From positions 1 to 64,000 of the forward strand of contig CALMGJ010000030.1 of assembly GCA_937863565.1 (NCBI GenBank): a stretch of DNA of 64,000 bases. The letters are read 5' to 3'. Source of the DNA: an uncultured bacterium. GTDB lineage: Bacteria; AUK180. Below are positions 37,146 through 46,518 of this stretch, one piece after another. Position 1 is the first letter of the stretch. Every line of letters begins with the position of its first letter. The translations under genes and the position numbers were made by a program. The notes under the pieces are model-generated. The model had not been told where the DNA came from. It was given only the letters and a program-made list of their open reading frames with translations, and did not search any database.

Positions 37146-39110
37146 TCATTCCTTTCCTTTGATGCCAAGTTCGATCCTTCTGTTCTTCGCTCTACCTTCG
37201 GGCGTAGAATTGTCCGCAACCGGATCCGCCGCTCCCAGCCCTTTTGCAATAATGTCTTCCGGAGGAACGCCGTTCTGTATAAAAAACTTCCGAACTTCCT
37301 GTGCCCGCAGTTCCGACAGCTTCAGATTGATCTCTGCCGATCCGGAGGAATCCGTGAAGGAATTGACGGTGATCTTTAATTCCTTCAAGTTCTTAAGTCC
37401 GGAAAGCACAGTGAAAAGTTCGGAACGGGCTTCCTCGGGCAATTCCGTTTTTCCGGGAGCGAATCTGATATTGAGAACGATCTTATATGCCCTCTCCTTT
37501 AATACTGCGGGGGGAATTTCTTTCTTCTCGATCTTCTTTTCTTCCATGACCTCTTCTTTCAGTGTTCTTTCCTCGATAACCCTTTCCTCGGGACTTACGG
37601 CAGTTCGGGGAACCGTTTCAGGAGCCGTAGGCGTTACAACGGGGGTCTCGGTTTCCTTGCCTTTCTCGATCTCGTGTTTTGCCTCGTTCTGAAGTTTTTC
37701 CAGGGCTTCTTTCTTTCTTTGCGCCTCTTCCTGCCTTACCTTCTCCTCGGCCTCGGACTTTTTCCTGAGGTCCTCTTCCTTTTTGAGTTCCTCCTCCCTT
37801 TTCTTCAGAGCCTCTTCCTGGGCCAATTTTATCTTTTGCTCTTCCAGCTTCCTGTTCTCTTCGGCGTCCTTTATCTCTGCCGGGTTTTCCTTCTTTTTCT
37901 TTTTTTCTTTCTCCGCCGTCTTCCGCCAGCGAGCCTCTCTGACAGGAGGCCTTGCATTACTGGAGAAAGAAAGCCCGAATACATGCCTGGAATCCGGTAT
38001 ATCCCCCGGGAATTTCCCTCTTTCGATCGTGTAGAAAGCGTAAGAGAAATGGGCGGCCCAAAGATCGATATCAGTCGCGAAAGAAGGATAACCGCCGTTA
38101 AGGCCGAAAAAGATATTGAATACCTTCAGGATCCGCGTTCCCAGGCCTATTTTGACATGGTTCATGAAATGGTCCCCGGAAGGGAATATCGCGTTGACCG
38201 AAAGATTGATGAAGTTATTGTCTATAAAAGAAGGAAGACCGTTTATTCTCGGAAAAAAGGTCATGCCGATATTCATATCCGGTTCAATGAAAGTGGGCGC
38301 CCTGTCGATAGTCACAGTTCTCGTGTCGCCGTCGTCAAGCTTGTCCGCCGTCCATGTGAACCTCATGCCGCCGATGTTCTGAAAGGAAAGTCCGAAATTA
38401 AGCTGATCGCTGTATTCGAAAATAATTCCCGCATCGGCGCCGAATCCGTCGCCCGAATACTTTACGGGCACATAATTGATCAGTTCAGGCGCAAGCGATC
38501 TTTCTACGAAGATCTTCTCCCTGTGAGCGTATTTGAGAAGGATCCCGGTCTTCAGATTGTACTTCGAGATCTTGAAATCTCTTGCGATCCCGAACGGAAT
38601 GAATATATCTCCCGTTACATCGGCGCTCACATAAGATGATACGGGGGGGATCACGCCTCTGGTTATATCGGCATTGAGCCGGAGAAGGACGTTCAGGCCG
38701 AAAAGCGTATGTATGCCGAGTTTATCTTTAGGCGAAATGAACATGAAATTGAGAGGTACCGCCGCTGCCACGTACGGGTCTTTTGAAAGCACATCCTCGA
38801 TCTCCTCCCACTCAAGATCGTCCATGGGATCGAAATCCTCGTCCTCAAATCTGGTCTTATTGTCCAGGTAGTAGTCCAAAAGGTCATTCGCTTCCTCATT
38901 GAAGGAGAAGAGCGGCATGAAAACGGAAAAAGCGCCTTTATCGTGAAATGAGATATTGGCCGGATTCAAAAAGAACGAATTCACGGAATAGCCGTATGCC
39001 ACGGACGAGTTTCCGAGTCCTTGCCCAATGATGTCGATGTTCTCAACGGGATTTTCGGCAAAGGGGAGGAGCAGTACCAGGAAAACCGCGATCAAAAAAC
39101 CCTTCCTCAT
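37146..39110 (-). CDS. Outer-membrane barrel-like (TraF/DUF5723-like) protein fused via coiled coil to an OmpA C-terminal domain
   Basis: GLGNSSVA...FFLNPANI; GFGADAG; E/K-rich coiled coil; FTDSSG...NLKLSELRA...GRAKNRRIE. Confidence 0.7.
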   Translation of the reverse strand: MRKGFLIAVFLVLLLPFAENPVENIDIIGQGLGNSSVAYGYSVNSFFLNPANISFHDKGAFSVFMPLFSFNEEANDLLDYYLDNKTRFEDEDFDPMDDLEWEEIEDVLSKDPYVAAAVPLNFMFISPKDKLGIHTLFGLNVLLRLNADITRGVIPPVSSYVSADVTGDIFIPFGIARDFKISKYNLKTGILLKYAHREKIFVERSLAPELINYVPVKYSGDGFGADAGIIFEYSDQLNFGLSFQNIGGMRFTWTADKLDDGDTRTVTIDRAPTFIEPDMNIGMTFFPRINGLPSFIDNNFINLSVNAIFPSGDHFMNHVKIGLGTRILKVFNIFFGLNGGYPSFATDIDLWAAHFSYAFYTIERGKFPGDIPDSRHVFGLSFSSNARPPVREARWRKTAEKEKKKKKENPAEIKDAEENRKLEEQKIKLAQEEALKKREEELKKEEDLRKKSEAEEKVRQEEAQRKKEALEKLQNEAKHEIEKGKETETPVVTPTAPETVPRTAVSPEERVIEERTLKEEVMEEKKIEKKEIPPAVLKERAYKIVLNIRFAPGKTELPEEARSELFTVLSGLKNLKELKITVNSFTDSSGSAEINLKLSELRAQEVRKFFIQNGVPPEDIIAKGLGAADPVADNSTPEGRAKNRRIELGIKGKE

Positions 39111-40165
39111 TTGTAGCCTCCCGAATCCTCGTCCACCGTACCATCTCCGTCATTATCATCTCCGTCTATCAATTCCTCGTCAACACCCCAATCTCCGCCG
39201 GTCCATTCGCCTCCGCTCAAGGAATACCATGTGGCATCCAGCGGCAGCGGAAGAAGACTGACCCTGTCGTATGTCCAGGGGTCTCCGATAGGATCGTCTA
39301 TCGTTCCGTTCGCATTGGAGTCCGTCCAGATCATCTTTTCCTGAATCGAATCCATATCCGTATCGATGGCATCCCCGTCATTATCCTTCTCATCCTTATA
39401 TCTGTAATATTCCACTGTCCGTGCGGCTGTTTCAGCGACCTGGTGGAGATCGTCGAGCATGTTCTCATCGACCTCGTCGAGGTTCAGATTATCATACACG
39501 TGATCGAGGGCTGCAGTGGACCTGCCGATATAGTAAAGGACATCGTCTATCCTTGAATTGATATTGTTGATCACCGTGCTTTTTCCAAGAGGCGAAAGGG
39601 AGGGGAAAGAACCGAATCCCAGAACACCGATATCCCGGGTGATGTAGAGGATCTCGTAACTGTCGGCGAAATTGCCGTTATCATCGATATCGGAAACGGC
39701 TAACGCGCCGAGTAAGATCGAAGAGAAAGCGATATTGATATTCGTTTCCGTATCACTTCCCGGAATATCGCAGGTCCCTTCCGCTACCGGCAGAAGATTA
39801 CTGAAGACAATTCGCGCACCGTCATCGTAGAATGCGCGGTCGGCTGCTTCGAACAGAGGGTCGGTTCCCTGAAGATTCTCGCCTTCCAGCTTTCTCATGA
39901 GTTCAAGCATATCGAAATCCTTGAAAGCTATATAGGCGGCGCAGTATCCGAGCCGGGCTTTTCCGGATCCGGGATAGGAAGATACCGCCTTATCGTAATA
40001 TCCTAATGCGGATTCAAAATCCCCGTTCTCCATTGCAGCATCCCCGTCGGCAAGTAGAGAGCTCAATGAAACATCGTTTTCCGGAGAATGGAACGGGGTG
40101 AACAGATTTGTTTTACATCCTGCTGCAACGATCAGAGCAAGGATGATGATGATGATCCTCTTCAT
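39107..40165 (-). CDS. TPR lipoprotein with Asp-rich DxDxDG-like C-terminal repeats
   Basis: Lipobox VAAGC; one TPR; DNDGD, DSNANG, DNDGDGTVDED; ATG 40165 overlaps the gcvPB stop. Confidence 0.7.
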   Translation of the reverse strand: MKRIIIIILALIVAAGCKTNLFTPFHSPENDVSLSSLLADGDAAMENGDFESALGYYDKAVSSYPGSGKARLGYCAAYIAFKDFDMLELMRKLEGENLQGTDPLFEAADRAFYDDGARIVFSNLLPVAEGTCDIPGSDTETNINIAFSSILLGALAVSDIDDNGNFADSYEILYITRDIGVLGFGSFPSLSPLGKSTVINNINSRIDDVLYYIGRSTAALDHVYDNLNLDEVDENMLDDLHQVAETAARTVEYYRYKDEKDNDGDAIDTDMDSIQEKMIWTDSNANGTIDDPIGDPWTYDRVSLLPLPLDATWYSLSGGEWTGGDWGVDEELIDGDDNDGDGTVDEDSGGYK

Positions 40166-41604
40166 TTCTTTGTCCATTTTAAAACGGGGTTTTTAGCCGC
40201 CTTCACTTCATCCGGCCTTCTGATAGGGGTTTTGACCGGAGCATTTTTAAGTATGCCGGGGTCGGATTTCGCTTCTTCGGCGATCCTGATCATCGTGTCT
40301 GCAAAATCGTCCAAGGCCTTTTTACTTTCTGTTTCCGTGGGCTCTATCATGATGGCTTCGTGGACGATAAGAGGAAAATATACGGTTGGTGCGTGATAAC
40401 CGTAATCAAGAAGCCTCTTGGCGATATCCAGCGTTTTCACACCGGCACCTTTCTGGAATTCATTGTCCAGCACGAATTCGTGTTTTGTTATTCCGTCATA
40501 TTGAAGATGAAAATGTTTAACGAGCCTCGCTTTCAGGTAATTGGCGTTCAAGACCGCGATATCGGCGGCCTCTTTCAGTCCGTCGCGTCCCAATGCGAGA
40601 ATATAGACCAGGGCTCTAAGCATCACGCCTATGTTGCCGTATCCCTCCTTGATCTGTCCGATCGTATTCTTCAATCCGTATTCAAGCCGGAAAATCCCCG
40701 TCGAGTCCTTTTCCGCTACGGGGACGGGAAGATAAGGAACGAGCTTTTTCCCCACGGCGACCGGGCCCGAACCGGGCCCCCCCATTCCGTGAGGCGTAGA
40801 AAAGGTCTTATGCAGATTGAAATGCATCACGTCCACTCCGATCTCACCCGGTTTGACATGACACATCATGGCGTTCATGTTCGCACCGTCCATATATACG
40901 AGCCCGCCCGCGGCGTGGACAAGGTCGGCTATCTTCCTGAAATTAGAATCGAAGATGCCCAGAGTATTCGGCTGAGTCATCATTATGCCGGCCACTTCGG
41001 GAGACAGTTTCCCTTTCAGTGCTTCAATGTCGATATCGCCTTTTTTATCCGACGCAACTTCAACGGGTGTAAATCCCGCCATGACCGCGGATGCGGGATT
41101 GGTCCCGTGCGCTGAATCCGGAATGAGCATTATGTGCCTTTTCTCGCCTCTTTCCCGGAAGTATTTCGCAATGATGAAATTCCCCGCAAGTTCTCCGTGT
41201 GCGCCTGCTGCGGGTGTGAGCGAAACTCCCTGCAAGCCGGAGATATCCTTTAAACTTTCCTGCAGTTCCCAAATGATCTCAAGCATTCCCTGCACGTGTT
41301 CTTCGGGCAAGTACGGATGAAGGTGAGAGAATTCTTTCCACCCCGCGATCTCTTCATTGATCTTGGGATTGTATTTCATCGTGCATGAACCAAGCGGGTA
41401 GAAATTCGTATCCACTGAAAAGTTGAGTTTTGACAGGTTCATGTAATGCCTTATTATATCGAGCTCGCCGACCTCAGGCAGTTCCGGCGAACCGTCCGAG
41501 ATGAATTTCCGGTCAACGGCCGCCTGTTCCGGTGCTTTCAGGCATGGGGGCAGGAAAACATTCTCGATCCCCGGAGTAGATCTTTCGAATATCAGTTCTC
41601 TCAT
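40162..41604 (-). CDS. gcvPB: Glycine dehydrogenase subunit 2
   Basis: YPLGSCTMKYNP, PAAGAHGE, SAHGTNPAS, NLHKTFSTPHG, IEPTETES. Confidence 0.97.
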   Translation of the reverse strand: MRELIFERSTPGIENVFLPPCLKAPEQAAVDRKFISDGSPELPEVGELDIIRHYMNLSKLNFSVDTNFYPLGSCTMKYNPKINEEIAGWKEFSHLHPYLPEEHVQGMLEIIWELQESLKDISGLQGVSLTPAAGAHGELAGNFIIAKYFRERGEKRHIMLIPDSAHGTNPASAVMAGFTPVEVASDKKGDIDIEALKGKLSPEVAGIMMTQPNTLGIFDSNFRKIADLVHAAGGLVYMDGANMNAMMCHVKPGEIGVDVMHFNLHKTFSTPHGMGGPGSGPVAVGKKLVPYLPVPVAEKDSTGIFRLEYGLKNTIGQIKEGYGNIGVMLRALVYILALGRDGLKEAADIAVLNANYLKARLVKHFHLQYDGITKHEFVLDNEFQKGAGVKTLDIAKRLLDYGYHAPTVYFPLIVHEAIMIEPTETESKKALDDFADTMIRIAEEAKSDPGILKNAPVKTPIRRPDEVKAAKNPVLKWTKK

Positions 41605-41605
41605 A

Positions 41606-42937
41606 TCAAACCCCCTTGAGAAGTCCGGCGAGTTTGATTATCTCTTCCGGTGTGCGCATTTCTGTAACAGCGATAAGGAGTCCCTCCCCGCCGAACCTTT
41701 TCAAGTCCAGACCCGGTATAATATTTTCCTTAAGGCATTTTTCCAGAGCTCTCTGACCGTCCACTCCGGCTACGATCTCGTTGAATATCCTGGTCCTGTC
41801 GAATTTCACCGGAATACCGTTCTTCCCGAGTTCTTCCAGCATAATGTCCTTAAGAAGAAGTATGCGTTCTCCAAGTTTTCTGAACCCGTTCTTGCCGAGG
41901 AACGAAAGGTAAACATTGGCCGCCAGCGTGTTCAATGTTTGATTCGAACAGATATTAGATGTGGCCTTCTCCCTTCTGATATGCTGTTCTCTTGTCTGAA
42001 GGGTCATTACGAAAGCACGCTTCCCGTCGGCATCTGCCGTTTCGGAAATGAGCCGTCCCGGCATCTGGCGGATATATTCCGATTTGGCGGACAGGAAACC
42101 GAAAGCCGGTCCCGAAAAATACATGTGATTACCGAGCGATTGCCCGCTGCCGGTGACCATATCAAAATCCAGATCCCCCGGTCTTTTCAGTATGGAAGCG
42201 GCCGCGGGATAGAAAACGCAGATGTTCAAAGCGCCTCTTTCTTTGACAATAGCGCATAATTCCTTATGATCGTCGATCTGCCCGAAGAAATTCGGATAAG
42301 CATTAGCAAAGCAGGCGGTGTTGTCGTCGATAAGTTCGCCCAGACGGCTTTTATCCGTGATGCCGCTTTGAAGCGGCACTTCAACGAGCTCTATCTCTGT
42401 TCTGAACTGAAGGTAGTTCTTGAGAACCCCGATATAAAGGGGATTGACACCCGCCGAATAAAGAACGCGCTTCCTCTTTCCCTGTGATAAACGCAGAGAC
42501 ATCATAACGGCCTCAGCGAACCCTGTCGCCCCGTCGTACATGGATGCGTTCGTAACGGGCAGGCCGGTAAGCTCCGACATCATGGTCTGGAACTCGAATA
42601 TCAGCTGGAGCGTTCCCTGAGCGGCTTCAGCCTGATAAGGCGTATATGCAGTATAAAACTCGCTTCTGGAAAGCACCGTTCCCACTATCGCCGGGATATA
42701 ATGTTCGTAAAATCCTCCGCCGAGGAAACTCGTGAACTTAAGGATGCCGCTGTTCTTCCCGGCATAGTTCGAAAACCTTTTCCTGAGCTCTATTTCGCTT
42801 TCGCCGGCTGCGGATAATGAAGAGTATCGGTCATTGCCCGTTTTGGGTATATCGGAAAAAAGAGCTTCCACCGAAGATATGCCTATCGTCTTGAGCATCT
42901 CCGCGATGTCATTTCCGCTCAACTGAGTGTATCTCAT
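41606..42937 (-). CDS. gcvPA: Glycine dehydrogenase subunit 1
   Basis: FLGGG.Y.H, YTAYTPYQAE, NASMYDG, TLQTREQHIRREKATSNICSNQ. Confidence 0.97.
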   Translation of the reverse strand: MRYTQLSGNDIAEMLKTIGISSVEALFSDIPKTGNDRYSSLSAAGESEIELRKRFSNYAGKNSGILKFTSFLGGGFYEHYIPAIVGTVLSRSEFYTAYTPYQAEAAQGTLQLIFEFQTMMSELTGLPVTNASMYDGATGFAEAVMMSLRLSQGKRKRVLYSAGVNPLYIGVLKNYLQFRTEIELVEVPLQSGITDKSRLGELIDDNTACFANAYPNFFGQIDDHKELCAIVKERGALNICVFYPAAASILKRPGDLDFDMVTGSGQSLGNHMYFSGPAFGFLSAKSEYIRQMPGRLISETADADGKRAFVMTLQTREQHIRREKATSNICSNQTLNTLAANVYLSFLGKNGFRKLGERILLLKDIMLEELGKNGIPVKFDRTRIFNEIVAGVDGQRALEKCLKENIIPGLDLKRFGGEGLLIAVTEMRTPEEIIKLAGLLKGV

Positions 42938-42966
42938 TGTATTCTCCTCGATCCGTTAAAAACGGA

Positions 42967-43332
42967 TCACAGACCTTTCAGGTATTCCTTATATGCCGCA
43001 GCGTCCATCAGTTCTTCAAGCTCTTTTTCGTCGGTCGGCCTCACTTCGGCTATCCAGCCGTCCTTTTCGGCATCTTTATTTATTATCTCGGGAGTATCGG
43101 CGATAGCGGGATTGATCTTGATGATCTTTAGGGAGCATGGTGCATAGAAATCCTCCGCGGACTTTACCGATTCTATGGTGCCCATCCTTTTGCCCTTTTC
43201 TACCGATGTGTTCTCAGGAATACATTCCACGAATGTAAGATCGCTCAGATGTTCCTGCGCATAATTGCTTATTCCGACACGGTAATGCTCGCCAACCTTA
43301 TCGATCCATTCATGTGTTTTAGAGTATCTCAT
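42967..43332 (-). CDS. gcvH: Glycine cleavage system H protein
   Basis: YSKTHEWI, GISNYAQ, IESVKSA lipoyl-Lys. Confidence 0.95.
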   Translation of the reverse strand: MRYSKTHEWIDKVGEHYRVGISNYAQEHLSDLTFVECIPENTSVEKGKRMGTIESVKSAEDFYAPCSLKIIKINPAIADTPEIINKDAEKDGWIAEVRPTDEKELEELMDAAAYKEYLKGL

Positions 43333-44447
43333 ATATTCTCCTTTGTCTTTTTATACTGTTTCTTATAAAAAGGCGTTTTCACGATCAGCGCCTTTTTCAT
43401 CTCTCCGCGCACTTCGATCTCGATCTCGGTGCCTGATTTCCTGATCTCATATGGCACATAGCCGAGCCCGAGGTTCTTTTGCAGGAAAGGGGCAAAAGTG
43501 CCGCTCGTTACGGCTCCCACCTTTTCTCCTCCGCAGTATATTGCGTATCCGTGGCGCGGAATGGCTCGCTCCGACATCTCGAATCCCACGAGATACTTTT
43601 TTAAACCGTCCGCCTGCTGTTTCAGAAGGGCGTCTTTCCCGACAAAATCCTTTTCGAAAGAAACAGCCCAGCTTAGCCCGGCCGAAAGAGGGGATGTCTC
43701 ATCGTCGAGTTCGTTTCCGTATAGCATGAGTTTGGCTTCGAACCTCAGCGTATCCCTTGCTCCCAGTCCTATCGGCTGCAGGCCCAGGTTCTTGCCCGCC
43801 TTCATGATCATGTTCCAGAGAGCTATGGCGTTCACCGATGACAGGTATACTTCAAATCCGTCCTCCCCGGTATATCCGGTTCTGGAAACGATCGCGTTGA
43901 TGCCTTCTCCGAGAACGATCTCCTTGAAAAAGAAGAACCCGATCTTGTCAAGCTCGAATGTCGTTGTTTTCTGAAGAATTTCCTGTGCTTTAGGACCCTG
44001 CACGGCGATCTGGGCCATTTCTTCGGAGATGTTCTTGATATCGACGTTGAAATTCCCTCGCTTGGAGAGTATCCATTCATGGTCTTTATCGATATTGGAA
44101 GCGTTCACGACGAGCATTACTTTGCTTTCTCCGAACTTGTACGCAAGGAGATCGTCAACGGCGCCGCCCCGGTCATTGCACATCACCGAATAGCAGACCT
44201 GACCGTCCTGGAGCTTGCGGACATCGTTGGTTATCAGGTAATTGGCGAAGGAAAGGGCATCTTTGCCCTGAAGAAGGATCTCCCCCATATGGGAAACGTC
44301 GAAGATCCCTGCCTTTTCCCTTACAGCCAGATGTTCTTCCGAAATAGAAGCATTGAACCGGACGGGCATCTCCCAACCGGCAAACGGGACCACATGTCCG
44401 CCGTTTTCACTGTATAGGTCAAAAAGTGGTGTTCTTTTCAATTCCAT
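43329..44447 (-). CDS. gcvT: Aminomethyltransferase
   Basis: PFAGWEMP, FDVSHMGE, SRTGYTGEDGFE, GLGARDTLRFEA. Confidence 0.97.
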   Translation of the reverse strand: MELKRTPLFDLYSENGGHVVPFAGWEMPVRFNASISEEHLAVREKAGIFDVSHMGEILLQGKDALSFANYLITNDVRKLQDGQVCYSVMCNDRGGAVDDLLAYKFGESKVMLVVNASNIDKDHEWILSKRGNFNVDIKNISEEMAQIAVQGPKAQEILQKTTTFELDKIGFFFFKEIVLGEGINAIVSRTGYTGEDGFEVYLSSVNAIALWNMIMKAGKNLGLQPIGLGARDTLRFEAKLMLYGNELDDETSPLSAGLSWAVSFEKDFVGKDALLKQQADGLKKYLVGFEMSERAIPRHGYAIYCGGEKVGAVTSGTFAPFLQKNLGLGYVPYEIRKSGTEIEIEVRGEMKKALIVKTPFYKKQYKKTKENI

Positions 44448-44480
44448 ACATGAACTCCTACGAGAATAGAAATTTCATTT

Positions 44481-44509
44481 ATTATATAATGTATAGCATA
44501 AAAATTCAA
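44481..44509 (-). promoter_or_regulatory. sigma70 promoter of the gcv-led minus-strand run
   Basis: Minus strand TTGAAT(44509-44504)-17 nt-TATAAT(44486-44481). Confidence 0.75.
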
Positions 44510-44653
44510 GTGCTTTTGAGAATGTTTTGCAAAAAAACGCCCCAAAATCAATTGTAGTAGGGATGTTTCTATAATTTTCTGAGACGCACGGCTGTTTTTC
44601 AAGACCTAAGGGTCCGCACCGGTCGTTGATTTATGACCGACAGGGATCCAATG

Positions 44654-44682
44654 TTGAAATTTAATATGTTTTTTGATAAAAT
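44654..44682 (+). promoter_or_regulatory. sigma70 promoter, probably leaderless
   Basis: TTGAAA(44654)-17 nt-TAAAAT(44677) with TG extension; ATG 6 nt after the -10, no SD. Confidence 0.7.
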
Positions 44683-44688
44683 ACAAAC

Positions 44689-46518
44689 ATGGAAGAAAAA
44701 ATCGAGATCAAGAAATCTCTATTCACAAAAAATCTGCTTTCGTTCACCGCTGCCCTGATCGATGATTCTCCAAAACTGATGATCATTTATCAGAACCCGA
44801 TATTCCAGGAACCGGATTTCAAGGAATACATCAAGAATCGGGCGGAGAATGTAAGGACCGTGAATCATCCACAGATAGTCGAGATGGGTAGAGGGGAATA
44901 CAAGGGATTCGCATATCTCAGTCTTCCATACAATTTCGGGCGTTCGCAGAACAAGAGCATTGAAGAACTAAAAGAAGGCTTCAAGGGTAAACCTGAGATC
45001 ATTCTCCGGGTATTGAAGAATGTCGTATCGACGATATACAAATTCCACATCTCGGATGTTGCTCTCGGCAATATCGCGCCGTCGCTTTTTCTTACGGATG
45101 ATTCGGGGATCACATACTACACCGATATTTTCAACGGGTGGGAGAACCTCGAATTTTACAAGAAAATAGCCGTTTTTTACAAGGAAGAGCTCAAATTCCT
45201 TTCGCTTGAACATCTCAATGACGGAGAGATCGGGAAAGCGTCCGATATATATTCTTTGGCGCTCATGATCATATATCTGCTTTCCGGGAAGACATACAGC
45301 AAGGATGATGTGCTGGCAAACACCATTGAACTTCCGCCTGAGGTTTCGGACCTTGAGAAGCTTCTCACCCGTATGCTAGACCCCGATCCTGCAAAACGCC
45401 CGGGCATCGAACTTGTCAATAAAGCCTTTTTAACGGGGAAGTACCCGGTTAATTTCACGTACTATGACGAAAACAAGCTTGCCGATGCAGTTTGTTCGAG
45501 GTGCAAGCGCCATATACATTCCCAGGATGGCCAGAAAGTCGGCCAGAACCTCATCTGCAAGGAATGCGTTGAAGTGATGTCCGGGAATATCAAAGGAACT
45601 CAGGAAGTAAAAAATACCGTGGCAAAATGCGAGTTCCACGAAGCGCGCAATGCCGTGAATAAATGCCATCAGTGCGGCAAGAATATCTGCGAGGACTGTT
45701 CCACGCTCATTGAATCCGATATTTTCTGTCCTTCATGCGCATATGACGAAAGAAAAAGGGTTGAACGTGAAAAGATGAAAAGGAGCATGGAAGAGAATAA
45801 AAAGAAGCAGGAGGAAGCGAAAAAAGTCCAGGAGGAAAGGGCGAAAAGGGAAGCAGAGAGGAAAAAACAGGAAGAAGAAGCCATCAGGGCCAGAACGGAC
45901 TTCGACGATGCTCCTGCCACCGTGACCGAAGATATCAGTTCGAACAGGTTGATCAAGGAAGGAAAAGCGAAAAAGAAAAAAATGCCCCTTTATATAATCA
46001 TTCCCGCTGCTGCTGTGGTGATCCTTCTTATCATCATCATCGCTTCGGGAAAGAAGAGTTACGAGAACAAGGAAATTGCCACCCTCCGCAAGCAGTTCAA
46101 CAAAGAGACCGTTCTTGATAAACGGGTATCGCTGGGGCTGAAGCTTTCGAAGGAATACTTCAAGGTCACCGAGGATCCGCAGCACTTCCAGAAAACCTTG
46201 AGCGTCCTCGATTCCCTTCTTGCAATAAAGAGCGTCAATCCTCTCATGAGGAAAAGGATATATGACGAAAAGATATTCTATTATACGGAAAAGAACGATC
46301 ACCAGAGCGTTCAAGCGATCTATGAAGAGATGAAAAAAGTATTCAAGGGAGATACGAATACATATCCGCTCGTTCTAATGAGCGAAGCGAATTATTACAT
46401 CACCATGAAGAACTACAAAAAGGCACAGGAACTTTTAAGAAAAATAATGACCGAATATCAGGATACGCCTTTTGGCAAAAGGGCGTTCGAAGAATACAGA
46501 AAGATCATGAAGAAGTGA
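44689..46518 (+). CDS. Pseudokinase - B-box-like Zn fingers - coiled coil - TM - TPR protein
   Basis: Kinase C-lobe motifs (HPQIV, FLSLEHL, SDIYSLA, RMLDPDPAKRP) with ALGNIAPS replacing HRDxKPxN; CxxH..CxxC..CxxC..CxxC; one TM; TPR. Confidence 0.7.
   Translation: MEEKIEIKKSLFTKNLLSFTAALIDDSPKLMIIYQNPIFQEPDFKEYIKNRAENVRTVNHPQIVEMGRGEYKGFAYLSLPYNFGRSQNKSIEELKEGFKGKPEIILRVLKNVVSTIYKFHISDVALGNIAPSLFLTDDSGITYYTDIFNGWENLEFYKKIAVFYKEELKFLSLEHLNDGEIGKASDIYSLALMIIYLLSGKTYSKDDVLANTIELPPEVSDLEKLLTRMLDPDPAKRPGIELVNKAFLTGKYPVNFTYYDENKLADAVCSRCKRHIHSQDGQKVGQNLICKECVEVMSGNIKGTQEVKNTVAKCEFHEARNAVNKCHQCGKNICEDCSTLIESDIFCPSCAYDERKRVEREKMKRSMEENKKKQEEAKKVQEERAKREAERKKQEEEAIRARTDFDDAPATVTEDISSNRLIKEGKAKKKKMPLYIIIPAAAVVILLIIIIASGKKSYENKEIATLRKQFNKETVLDKRVSLGLKLSKEYFKVTEDPQHFQKTLSVLDSLLAIKSVNPLMRKRIYDEKIFYYTEKNDHQSVQAIYEEMKKVFKGDTNTYPLVLMSEANYYITMKNYKKAQELLRKIMTEYQDTPFGKRAFEEYRKIMKK

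Noticed and set aside
44448..44688. Glycine riboswitch upstream of gcvT
   Set aside because: The predicted promoter leaves only about 27 nt of leader, and no aptamer motifs were recognised.
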